From assembly GCA_013203665.1 (NCBI GenBank), contig JABMPU010000077.1:22471-86470 (forward strand): a DNA stretch of 64,000 nucleotides, written 5' to 3'. Numbering within the stretch: position 1 is the first letter of the stretch; every line of letters starts with the position of its first letter. This stretch comes from Armatimonadota bacterium. Its GTDB lineage: Bacteria; Cloacimonadota; Cloacimonadia; Cloacimonadales; TCS61. Position numbers and translations under genes: made by a program. Shown here piece after piece: positions 31,991-41,656 of this stretch. The notes beneath the pieces are model-generated. The model was given only the letters and a program-made list of their open reading frames with translations. It had not been told where the DNA came from and searched no databases.

Positions 31991-34900
31991 TCATTTCAAA
32001 AGCAAACATTTCCTCACAGATTCATCTTTTCCATTCACTTTTAGCTTATAGAAATAAATTCCTGAACCGACTTCCTTCCCGGACGAATCTTTTCCATTCC
32101 AGATTAATTTATGAAATCCTTTTTCAAATACATCTTTTGTTAGTGTTTTTACTTTTTGGCCCTTGATGTTATACACTGTAAGTTCTACTTTGCTTTCTTC
32201 AGGAATTGAGAAAGAAATGGTTGTTTCAGGATTGAACGGATTTGGATAGTTATTATGCAATACACACTTTTGCAATTGAGGTGCATTATTTTGGATATGA
32301 TTACCTGTTATGATTGACTCCAAAAGCAATTGAGTCGTTCTATAATGCGCTTCGAAAGATTCAGGTTGCAAATACATTAACCTGCCTGTTGCTCGTCCGT
32401 TAGCTTCCAGGTATGTATTACCGACATCGATTACTGCATAGCACGAATCTGCATAAGATGGATTATTCAGAATGATATCTTCATAGTGAATTATTGCATC
32501 ATTGTAATCTTCCAATGCTCTATTAACCATAGCTTTGTAATGCAAGAAAAATTCTTGAAGTTCAGTAGATGGTGAAAACGTCAATCTCTCATCGATATAC
32601 AACCCGAAGAGCTCGATATTCCCCAATTCTATATAACATGTAAAAAGACAAGCTATTGATATAGGATCTTCAATTGTCTCGAGACTATCTTCAATTACTT
32701 CTTTAAAAAGATCAGACGCTAAAATATAATCAAAGTTAGAAAGTAAAATACAAGCTTCTTGAAAAACAGTTAAGGTATCTGATCTTCCGCGGACAATATT
32801 TATTTCTCTATCCCAAGGAATAAAAGTTACAAAATCTGCCGGGTCCAAAGTACCGGTTATATATTCATATCCATCACCACCCCACCAATTATGTATTGCC
32901 ATAACTCGCCAATCTAACATTCTAAGTGTCATATTGTAAAGGCTATTATCATAAAGGTTATTATGTCCTGTTTGCAAAGATGGATTTGAATTCCAAACAT
33001 ATATGCCGGTTTGGTTATTATAAAATGAGTTTATGCCATCAGGGGCAAATAACGGAGTTGCGTTATTATGACAGAAAACACCGGTATTATTGTTGTTTAT
33101 AGAATTATATTTTATAATATTAGGGTTAGAAGAATTATAGAAGCGAATACCTACATGGTTGTTTGATATTCTATTAGAATTTAAATTATGCCACCCATAA
33201 TCGTTATAAATCAATCCAGTACATGAATTTTGAATTACTGAATGCTCTATTTCTGAAGTTCTATTATTATTAAAAGTTATGCCATTCCAGTAATTTTTGA
33301 TTTCATTACTGCATAATCCACCGAATCTGATTGAGTCTGCTTCAGTTCCAATACAGTCTAAACCGCCTGGATTAGGCATGTCAGAAATTCCTTTAAAATT
33401 AAAAGATTTAAACTTCTCAAATCTTATTTCAGTTCCTTCTTCTATTGTTAATGTATTACCAGGTAGTATTTTGATGTTTTTATCGATAACTGTGTCATGT
33501 TTTAAGGTGATATTTTCATTGATTTCCTCTGGTAAGGGTTGGTAATAAGAACCTGTATTGCGGGAGTTGTTCAGGTATTGTGAACATTCGGTAATTGAAT
33601 TCGTATTATAACTTAAGGGAAATGCAAATATTTTGCCATCATTAGTTATCAAAACAACATTATTATTGTCATACTCAACAACTTTATCAACTGATAAACT
33701 TACATAATTATCATTCGTTCGCCACTCAGATAATTCAAGCCCAGAATTATCTGTTACAAAGAAGGTGTTCAATCCTAAGAAAAGTAACTCTTGATTGGAG
33801 TTAGAATTTATATCTGATATTGATCTCGAAAAAATATCTGTATCATTAAGATTGAAATTTGGTATTTGTTGACCTGTACAATCGAATAAAAGGACATCCT
33901 GGTTATTTGAAATTAATATTTCTAAACCCGGATTTTCATCAATTATATTTGCAATACAAACCTGATTACGAAAGTATTCATGCATGTCAATATTATCATT
34001 TATCCAGTATGGTATATCGTTTTCATAATGTAATGCTAATATAGTACCAATAGAATTTTCTCTTAATAGTAAAATGATTTCTATCTCACCGTCCTCATCA
34101 ATATCGGCTATTATAGGACCTGAAATTGGAAGTGTTATATGAGAACCATAACTAAATGACCATAATTCGGTTAATTCAAAAGATTCATTTACTTTGAAAA
34201 CTTTTAATTCGTAAGGATAACCAGGATCACCTGTTTTTCTTACTGGTATTAATATTTCCTTAATACCATCTTGATTCACATCTGCAACAGCTAATGGAGT
34301 AATAAATAAATCAAATACTGGCATACCTGTTAACTCTGAACATATATTTTCTTCTAATGGCTCAATTACATAAAGGTAATAATTTGATGATGATGATTCT
34401 AAAGTAGTAAAAATTATTTCCATTCTTCCATCTCCTGTTACATCTTCCAATACTATAGAGTTTTTACATGCCCCGATAATATTTTGAAAAAGATAAATCT
34501 GGTTACCATCTTTATCCCAGACAGATATCTCGCTTTCATCATTACCAACAACATTACCAACAACAATTTCTTTAAAACCATCATTATTAAGGTCAGCAAC
34601 AGCCGGAGTGCATAGAACAGGATTATTTCCAGTATTTAATATTATTGGGAGACCCGGATGATCATAAATATAAACATTACCATTAGATGCTCCAACTATA
34701 ATCTCACTCACATTGTCATTATCTATATCAGTTGTAACTAACTCTGTTGTAATTTCTTCATCTACTCCTAAATCAAGATCTACTAATGGAATATTTGTAT
34801 TAGGATGTACATAGATTCGAAATATAATATCTTTAGGTTGCATATTATTTGCTAAGAGATGAAGAGTAAAATCTACCAATCTTGGTGAACTACTATTATC

Positions 34901-36517
34901 AGTAATAAGAAAAGTATCATTAATGTTGGATTCTATCTCCTCATTACCAATATTTCCCCAGCTTGATAAGTTATCAGAAATTATTATTGATGTATCATCA
35001 GTTGTTAAAACTCCAGTAACATTTTGAGCTTCTATCCACCAGTTTTTTAATTCAATAATGATTTCAGCAGTCTCTCCATATTCAAGAATTCCATCATCTT
35101 CGTCATCTATTGTAATGCTTTGAAGACAAATATTAGGATGTTCATCCTCTATTAAAGCTCTATATGCATTAATTCTTCCGGAACCCATCTTACCAAGATA
35201 TTCATTATTAATCTCGTAAATATCATCGGAAGTTCCAAGAATCCTTCCTCTTATTTCATCACTGGTTATTTCAGGAAAGTGAGATTTTATTAATGCTGCT
35301 AAACCAGATACATATGGTGCTGCCATTGAAGTACCTGCCATATATCCATAATTCATTTCTATATATTCATCTTCACCTGGTTCAAAATTTGCATGATAAT
35401 AAAAATTTGAATAGTGAGGGGTTGTAGAAAGAATATTTTCTGGTCTATTATAAGGAAAATCATACCCACCAGGCGCTGAAATATCAGTCCAATAACCATA
35501 TGTAGAGAAACCGGATATTTCATCTGAATCAATAGTAGAAACAACACCTATCACTTCATCATGAGATGCTGGATAATTAGGTACTTCATTGGGGGTATTC
35601 CCTGCTGATGCTATAAGCATGATTCCTAAACCATCAGCATATTGTATCTGTTCATAAACAAGTTGAGAAAAATCCGGACCACCCAAACTCATGTTGATTA
35701 TATCAGAACCATTCTCTGCTGACCATTTAATTGCTCGTGCGATAAAATAATGTGATGTAAATCCGCTTGAAGTAAAAATTTTTACAGGCATTATTTTAAC
35801 ACCACCGCTTTGGTTCCAACCCCCTGCTAAACCAGCTACACCAATAATATTGTTGGTTACTGCAGCAAATATACCGGAAACATGTGTTCCGTGCCCCCTT
35901 TCATCAAAAGGTGTAAAAGGAAAATCAGGATCTCTAAAGTTTCTTCCAATTACATTATTATTTTCATCTTTTAGGATGTTATTATCCAAATCAGGATGAG
36001 GATCATCAAAACTTGGAATGGGTATTTCATCAGGATCACCCAAATCGATTCCACTGTCAATGACTCCCACAATAATCTCTTCACTACCAGTTTCAATATC
36101 CCATGCATCTTCAGCTTGGATTTTAGTTAATGCCCATTGATATGAATATAGTTCATCATCAGGTGCTTCAAACAATTGATAAATAAATGAAGGTTCTGCA
36201 ATTAATACTTCAGCTTGATATTCAAAATCATTCTTAACATCATTAACTTCAAAATTCTCGGGAAATTCCAAATGAAACCACTGGTTATGGGGTGGATTAT
36301 CTGATTGAAGAATCTGTTCGAGTTCATCTATCTGATATTCTTCGGATAAATCGTTAAACCAATTTTGTTCGGTAACTATAATTCCATTATTTATGTATAT
36401 TGTTTCAAATGGCGTTTGGACTTTGATGTTTAATTCTCCTTCAAAATAATTCTCTCCAATTAATTGGATACCAATTAATAAGAAAGTTACGGTATAAACT
36501 AAAACTGCTCTTTTCAT
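31991..36517 (-). CDS. Secreted S8 (subtilisin-like) peptidase with FG-GAP-like repeats, beta-helix, TPR-like region and FlgD/T9SS-type C-terminal sorting domain
   Basis: VIDSG, HGTHVSG, GTSMAAPYVSG triad; D.D.DG..EI repeats; NYPNPFNP...KCLLLK; start ATG 36517 after AAGGAG. Confidence 0.93.
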   Translation of the reverse strand: MKRAVLVYTVTFLLIGIQLIGENYFEGELNIKVQTPFETIYINNGIIVTEQNWFNDLSEEYQIDELEQILQSDNPPHNQWFHLEFPENFEVNDVKNDFEYQAEVLIAEPSFIYQLFEAPDDELYSYQWALTKIQAEDAWDIETGSEEIIVGVIDSGIDLGDPDEIPIPSFDDPHPDLDNNILKDENNNVIGRNFRDPDFPFTPFDERGHGTHVSGIFAAVTNNIIGVAGLAGGWNQSGGVKIMPVKIFTSSGFTSHYFIARAIKWSAENGSDIINMSLGGPDFSQLVYEQIQYADGLGIMLIASAGNTPNEVPNYPASHDEVIGVVSTIDSDEISGFSTYGYWTDISAPGGYDFPYNRPENILSTTPHYSNFYYHANFEPGEDEYIEMNYGYMAGTSMAAPYVSGLAALIKSHFPEITSDEIRGRILGTSDDIYEINNEYLGKMGSGRINAYRALIEDEHPNICLQSITIDDEDDGILEYGETAEIIIELKNWWIEAQNVTGVLTTDDTSIIISDNLSSWGNIGNEEIESNINDTFLITDNSSSPRLVDFTLHLLANNMQPKDIIFRIYVHPNTNIPLVDLDLGVDEEITTELVTTDIDNDNVSEIIVGASNGNVYIYDHPGLPIILNTGNNPVLCTPAVADLNNDGFKEIVVGNVVGNDESEISVWDKDGNQIYLFQNIIGACKNSIVLEDVTGDGRMEIIFTTLESSSSNYYLYVIEPLEENICSELTGMPVFDLFITPLAVADVNQDGIKEILIPVRKTGDPGYPYELKVFKVNESFELTELWSFSYGSHITLPISGPIIADIDEDGEIEIILLLRENSIGTILALHYENDIPYWINDNIDMHEYFRNQVCIANIIDENPGLEILISNNQDVLLFDCTGQQIPNFNLNDTDIFSRSISDINSNSNQELLFLGLNTFFVTDNSGLELSEWRTNDNYVSLSVDKVVEYDNNNVVLITNDGKIFAFPLSYNTNSITECSQYLNNSRNTGSYYQPLPEEINENITLKHDTVIDKNIKILPGNTLTIEEGTEIRFEKFKSFNFKGISDMPNPGGLDCIGTEADSIRFGGLCSNEIKNYWNGITFNNNRTSEIEHSVIQNSCTGLIYNDYGWHNLNSNRISNNHVGIRFYNSSNPNIIKYNSINNNNTGVFCHNNATPLFAPDGINSFYNNQTGIYVWNSNPSLQTGHNNLYDNSLYNMTLRMLDWRVMAIHNWWGGDGYEYITGTLDPADFVTFIPWDREINIVRGRSDTLTVFQEACILLSNFDYILASDLFKEVIEDSLETIEDPISIACLFTCYIELGNIELFGLYIDERLTFSPSTELQEFFLHYKAMVNRALEDYNDAIIHYEDIILNNPSYADSCYAVIDVGNTYLEANGRATGRLMYLQPESFEAHYRTTQLLLESIITGNHIQNNAPQLQKCVLHNNYPNPFNPETTISFSIPEESKVELTVYNIKGQKVKTLTKDVFEKGFHKLIWNGKDSSGKEVGSGIYFYKLKVNGKDESVRKCLLLK

Positions 36518-36528
36518 GATTTTCTCCT

Positions 36529-37530
36529 TTATTTTAATAATAGGCATTTGCCTGTTTGGATTTGAGTTTCGGTTTTTATCCTGTAAAAATAGATACCGGA
36601 ACTTTGTTTTGTCGCATTCCATTCTACGGAATGCATTCCTGCACTTTGACATTCATTTACAAGTGTTTCAATTAACTGTCCTTTGATATTGTAGATTTGA
36701 AGTTTAATTGCTCCCGGATTAGCAATTTGATAGGATATTTTTGTCTTTGGATTGAAAGGATTTGGGTAGTTTTCTATAATTATCATATCATTAGCAAATT
36801 CTGTTATGTACTCTTCAATTACATAAGTAGAATCAGATAAATAAAATAGTAATGAAGGTTTATGAGCTAAATTTGGTGTTACATTACATATTTGAATATA
36901 ATCATACAGACTATCACCATCGGTATTGATTTCAAATCCTATTCTAAACTGAGATTTATTTCTTTCATTTTCAATGTCATTTATAACCTGGTTAGTTACA
37001 TCAACAATGATATAACCTGTTTCTGGGCTATAGACTTCAAGGCTTATGAAAGCACATTTTGTTTCCAGGGTCTGTGGATCACCATAATCACCGGCAGTCC
37101 AATCTCCAATATCAAGAGAATAGCCAAAATCTACGTGATCGACACAGCATTTTATCGTATCTCCGCCAGGGATATCCCAAACCGGCCATTCTCCAAAAAT
37201 GTCATTTCCTACTAGATAATTTTCGTGTGTCCATAATCTCAATTTTATTGAATCCGGTTCACTTCCAATACTTAAACTATCTAATATAAAAGTCAGATAT
37301 GACCTAAAAACTGCATTTGGCACATATGGTGGTATCCAGGGCATACCGGTATCACCCATAATTAATGCAAGAAAATCAACTTGAAGTTCATAGTTGTAAT
37401 TGAAGTTACTTATCTCACCTGTCAATGGTGTTCCTGCTACAAAAATTGTATCAACAATTGTTTCTTGAGCGTGAATAAAGACTAAAGAAAAAAGAGTAAA
37501 GACTAAAATAACGATGGTTTTTGAATTCAT
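36529..37530 (-). CDS. Secreted protein with FlgD/T9SS-type C-terminal sorting domain
   Basis: Signal peptide MNSKTIVILVFTLFSLVFIHA; NYPNPFNP...SSGIYFY...KCLLLK; start ATG 37530. Confidence 0.88.
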   Translation of the reverse strand: MNSKTIVILVFTLFSLVFIHAQETIVDTIFVAGTPLTGEISNFNYNYELQVDFLALIMGDTGMPWIPPYVPNAVFRSYLTFILDSLSIGSEPDSIKLRLWTHENYLVGNDIFGEWPVWDIPGGDTIKCCVDHVDFGYSLDIGDWTAGDYGDPQTLETKCAFISLEVYSPETGYIIVDVTNQVINDIENERNKSQFRIGFEINTDGDSLYDYIQICNVTPNLAHKPSLLFYLSDSTYVIEEYITEFANDMIIIENYPNPFNPKTKISYQIANPGAIKLQIYNIKGQLIETLVNECQSAGMHSVEWNATKQSSGIYFYRIKTETQIQTGKCLLLK

Positions 37531-37541
37531 GATCGCCTCCT

Positions 37542-37855
37542 TTATTTTATTAATAGGCATTTGCCTGTTGCTGTTTGAGTTCCGGTTTTTATCCTGTAAA
37601 AATAAATACCGGAACTTTTATTTTCTGCATTCCAGATAACGGAATGTTTTCCTTCTCTTTGACATTCATTTACAATTGTTTCAATACATCAATTTGTAGG
37701 GTAACATTCAAATCTACAAAAGCTTGAGCATTACAGATAGCGATAGTATTAAGTTCTAATTTCGATAAGAACTCTGAAGTTTCCTTAATTGCGAAAAGAT
37801 TTACTAAGATGATGAATAGAATAATAATGATTTTAAATTGATTTTTGAATTTCAT
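37542..37855 (-). pseudogene. Internally deleted secreted-protein gene (signal peptide joined out of frame to a sorting-domain tail)
   Basis: MKFKNQFKIIIILFIILVNLFA... then, in another frame, IETIVNECQREGKHSVIWNAENKSSGIYFYRIKTGTQTATGKCLLIK*, which is homologous to 36529-36672. Confidence 0.75.
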
Positions 37856-38331
37856 ATATTCCTCCCACAAGATTTTAAATAATGTGGGACGATTTTTATT
37901 ACAACCATTTAAAGCAAAAATTGATGAAAAGTGTCAAGAAGTATTTTTATTTCAAGAATTTAAATGATAAAAAATTAGAAAAGTAGTTACTTTTATTACA
38001 CAGGGTTAAATAATTTAGATTGGCTTAATACCTGAAAAAGTGTGAAAATATACGATTTGTATTTGGGGAAATTGTATACCAAATGACACAGAAAAAAAGT
38101 TCGGGGTGGGAGTTGCGAATTGCAACTTGAGAAAACGTTTTCAATATTCCCGGGTGAAACACGGCAACCAAAGGACATCTTTTCCTAAATAAAGATTCAG
38201 GATGATATTTTTCATTCAATCTTCAATATATAATTTTTGCAACTTGAAAAATAAATTACTTGTCTATATTTCAGACAATTTTTCTTTAGAGCAGATTTTT
38301 TTATAAAAAACTCTGATAAAGGATTTTTAAG

Positions 38332-40545
38332 ATGAAACCGATTTATCTGGATTATAATGCCACCACACCCATCGACCCGGAAGTTGCAGATGCTATGCTT
38401 CCTTTTTTAAAAGAGCATTTTGGAAATCCTTCCAGTTCGCACTGGTATGGAATTCAAACCAAAAAAGCCATTCAAAAAGCCCGTAAACAGGTTGCTTCGA
38501 TCCTGAGCTGTAATGCTGAAGAGATTATCTTTACCAGCGGCGGCACAGAATCAAACAACTTTGCCATTAAAGGTTTTGCTTTTGCAAATCGCGTAAAAGG
38601 GAATCATATAATTACTTCCACGATAGAGCATCCGGCTGTGATTGAAGTCTGTAAATTTTTAGAGAAAAATGATTTTGAAATCTCTTATATTCCTGTTGAT
38701 AAATACGGAATTTTGAATTTATCGGAACTGGAAAAAGCAATTACATCTCAGACGATACTCATCACGATTATGCACGCCAATAACGAAGTGGGCACAATCC
38801 AGCCGATAAAAAAGATTTCTGAGATTGCCGGAAAAAATGAGATAATATTCCATACGGATGCAGCCCAATCTGTGGGAAAAATACCAACCGCTGTCAATGA
38901 ACTTGGAGTCGACCTTCTCTCCATTGCAGGACATAAACTTTATGCTCCCAAAGGAATTGGGGCACTTTATATTCGTCAGGGCATCCAGCTTGAGAAATTT
39001 ATGCACGGTGCGGATCATGAACAAGACCAGCGAGCAGGAACGGAAAATGTGCTGGAAATTGTTGGTTTGGGAAAAGCCTGTGAAATTGCTGGACGCAATC
39101 TTGAAAAAAACATGACTCATATGAAAAAAATGCGAGACAGACTTTATAATGGATTAATCCAAAACCTGGAAGATATAAAACTTAATGGTCATCCGACAAA
39201 GCGGCTCCCCAACACACTCAGTTTGAGTTTTCTCAACCTGGAAGCTGATGGAATTTTATCTGAATTAGAAGAAATTGCTGCATCTGCAGGAGCTGCCTGT
39301 CATTCGGATTCAATCGAGCTTTCACCTGTTTTAGTTGCTATGAATGTACCGGAAAAATACGCAATGGGTACCATCAGGTTTTCCACCGGCAGGAAAACAA
39401 CCCAAGATAAAATTGATAAAACGATTAATGCTGTTACAAAAGTGATTAAACGAATGAGAACTTTTTCAGAAAAAACTCATTTGCAGGAATCTAAAAAGGT
39501 TAAACTCACGCACTTTACTGCCGGACTGGGTTGTGCCTGCAAGCTCAGACCTCAAGCTCTGGAAAAAATTCTCTCTTCTTTGAACCCAATTCTTGACCCA
39601 AATGTAATTGTAGGTACAAATACAGCGGATGATGCTGCTGTTTATAAACTCGATGAAAATACCGCTATCGTGCAAACCGTTGATTTTTTCACACCAATCG
39701 TAGATGATCCGTATCAATTTGGAGCCATTGCTGCTGCAAATGCTTTCAGTGATGTTTATGCAATGGGAGCGAAACCTCTTTTTGCTTTGAATATTGTGGG
39801 TTTCCCTTCCAATAGATTGCCAATGGAGGTCTTGAAACAGATTCTCCTGGGAGCAGAGGATAAAGCAAAAGAAGCTGAAGTAAGCATTATTGGCGGTCAT
39901 ACGATCGATGATAATGAACCAAAGTACGGACTGGTTGTTCTGGGAGTTGTTCATCCGGATAAAATTCTTAAAAATTCCGATGCAAAATCCGGAGATGCAT
40001 TAATCTTAACAAAACCTATAGGATTGGGAATAATTTCTACTGCTATGAAAAGAGGTCTTGCTGAAGAAAAAACCATTAAAAAAGCTATTCAAATAATGAG
40101 CACTTTAAACAAGAAAGCAGCAGAAATCATGAAAGAATTTCCAGTTAATTCCTGTACGGATGTTACCGGATTCGGTTTGTTGGGACATTTAAAAGAGATG
40201 ACAGAATCCAGCAAAGTGGATGCAGAAATTTATCTGAAGGAAATTCCTACAATAAACGAAGCGTGGGAATTAATCGTGGAAAATGTAGTTCCCGGTGGAA
40301 CTTTGAATAATCTGGAATATGTAAAAGAAATCGTAGAATGGGACAATAATATTTCTCGGGCAGCTAAAATTATGCTTTGCGATGCTCAAACTTCCGGTGG
40401 TTTGCTTATAGCAATTCCTGCAAAATATGCTGATGATTTACTTTTAAAGCTCCATCAAAACAATATCAAGGATTCATCCATCATAGGAAAATTTATAAAA
40501 AAAGGAAAAGGAAGGATATTTGTAAAAAAATCTTGTCAGGAATGA
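38332..40545 (+). CDS. selD: Cysteine desulfurase/selenocysteine lyase (NifS/IscS) fused to selenophosphate synthetase SelD
   Basis: YLDYNATTP, HTDAAQ, GHKLYAPKG, SAGAACHS; then LTHFTAGLGCACK, DDAAVY, QTVDFFTP, TDVTGFGLLGH, DAQTSGGLL. Confidence 0.95.
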   Translation: MKPIYLDYNATTPIDPEVADAMLPFLKEHFGNPSSSHWYGIQTKKAIQKARKQVASILSCNAEEIIFTSGGTESNNFAIKGFAFANRVKGNHIITSTIEHPAVIEVCKFLEKNDFEISYIPVDKYGILNLSELEKAITSQTILITIMHANNEVGTIQPIKKISEIAGKNEIIFHTDAAQSVGKIPTAVNELGVDLLSIAGHKLYAPKGIGALYIRQGIQLEKFMHGADHEQDQRAGTENVLEIVGLGKACEIAGRNLEKNMTHMKKMRDRLYNGLIQNLEDIKLNGHPTKRLPNTLSLSFLNLEADGILSELEEIAASAGAACHSDSIELSPVLVAMNVPEKYAMGTIRFSTGRKTTQDKIDKTINAVTKVIKRMRTFSEKTHLQESKKVKLTHFTAGLGCACKLRPQALEKILSSLNPILDPNVIVGTNTADDAAVYKLDENTAIVQTVDFFTPIVDDPYQFGAIAAANAFSDVYAMGAKPLFALNIVGFPSNRLPMEVLKQILLGAEDKAKEAEVSIIGGHTIDDNEPKYGLVVLGVVHPDKILKNSDAKSGDALILTKPIGLGIISTAMKRGLAEEKTIKKAIQIMSTLNKKAAEIMKEFPVNSCTDVTGFGLLGHLKEMTESSKVDAEIYLKEIPTINEAWELIVENVVPGGTLNNLEYVKEIVEWDNNISRAAKIMLCDAQTSGGLLIAIPAKYADDLLLKLHQNNIKDSSIIGKFIKKGKGRIFVKKSCQE

Positions 40546-40599
40546 AAGGTTCATAAAAATAGAATAAGATGTAATATAAAAAATCTTAAAGGAGCAATC

Positions 40600-41397
40600 T
40601 TGAAAAAAATCTTAGCCATTTGTTGTATATTAGTATTGATGATGGTTTTTGTTATTACAAATGTAAACGTTTCTCTGTGTTATGGTGCAGAAAGCGAACA
40701 AGTAAAATTACAGATCATCACAGAAAATTTCGCACCCTTCAATTTCAGATCAAAAGAGGGAAAGATCACAGGTCAGTCCACAGAAATTGTGCAGGAGATT
40801 TTGTCTCGACTTAATCTGAAAATCGATATTCATCTTATGCCATGGAATGATGGCTATGAGCTTGCTCTATCTGAACCTGATGTGGTACTTTATTCAACCT
40901 TTCGAACTGCTGAACGTGAGAAGCTTTTTCAATGGGTTGGCCCGATTGGATCAGATGAGTTTCTGTTCTATGCTCTTGAAGGTTCAGACCTAATCATCCG
41001 CAGTCTTGAAGATGCAAAGACAGTTACTGCGATTGGAGTAGTGCAGGATGATGCCCGTCATCAATTATTGAAGCAGAACAATGTAACGAATTTGAAACTC
41101 TATGCAAACGATGCAGAATGTTATAAAGCTTTGGTAGGCGGAGATGTCGAGCTCGTGGCAGGAACCAGTATAACTATGGCTCAGATGGCTCGCCAGGCAG
41201 GTGTTGATCCTTCGGATTTAAAGCCAGTCTATTCTTTTAAAAAATCACCGTTGTATATTGCCTTCAATAAAAATACCTCAACAGACATTGTGAAACAGTG
41301 GCAGGATGCTCTGGACGAAATGAAGCGTGACGGCACATTCGATGAGATCAATGAACGCTGGGGTGGAGCACCTGCACAAGGTTATCCACGAGACTAA
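40600..41397 (+). CDS. Family 3 extracellular solute-binding protein
   Basis: TENFAPFNF, MPW, RT.ERE..FQWVGP, YIAFNK; TTG start after AAGGAG. Confidence 0.88.
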   Translation: MKKILAICCILVLMMVFVITNVNVSLCYGAESEQVKLQIITENFAPFNFRSKEGKITGQSTEIVQEILSRLNLKIDIHLMPWNDGYELALSEPDVVLYSTFRTAEREKLFQWVGPIGSDEFLFYALEGSDLIIRSLEDAKTVTAIGVVQDDARHQLLKQNNVTNLKLYANDAECYKALVGGDVELVAGTSITMAQMARQAGVDPSDLKPVYSFKKSPLYIAFNKNTSTDIVKQWQDALDEMKRDGTFDEINERWGGAPAQGYPRD

Positions 41398-41475
41398 AAA
41401 TAGGAAGATGAAAAAAAAGGAAACCTCTAACATGTTTTTCTTTTAAAAAACAATTTAAGGTTGATCTTTCTCATT

Positions 41476-41610
41476 TAACTCATCCTGCTGCCTGCACCGC
41501 CGAAGCTGGCGAAGGCGTGTCCTTCTCTTAAAAAAAAGAGAAGGAACATAAGAAAAAATGAAAGAAGTTATCCCTCCGGTAACTGCCGGAGAGGGACAGA
41601 GGGTTAGTTA
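41476..41610. repeat. Composite palindromic repeat
   Basis: CCTTCTCTT-A8-GAGAAGG, CCGCCGAAGCTGGCGAAGGCG and CTCCGGTAACTGCCGGAG inside an outer AACTCATCC...GGGTTAGTT stem. Confidence 0.6.
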
Positions 41611-41656
41611 GAAAATATTGAAAAATTGGTAGTGTAAGAAACTTAAAGGAGCTGTC

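Noticed and set aside
36518..36652. N-terminal extensions in the ORF track (S8 peptidase, rplR, rpmD, RAYT, TrmH, infC)
   Set aside because: They overlap upstream genes or leaders; SD-supported starts lie downstream
36529..37685. Possible DGR template/variable repeat pair
   Set aside because: Many mismatches are at non-A positions in either copy and no reverse transcriptase is in the window; better explained as a paralogous gene remnant
38100..38215. SAM-I riboswitch-like string (CCCGGGTGAAACACGGCAACC) upstream of nifS-selD
   Set aside because: The 5' ATC.AGAG core and GGTGC motif are missing; the apparent final stem is a GTCATCCTGAA-type repeat remnant
39520..39545. Selenocysteine codon in the SelD active site
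   Set aside because: Codons read TGT GCC TGC (Cys-Ala-Cys), with no TGA
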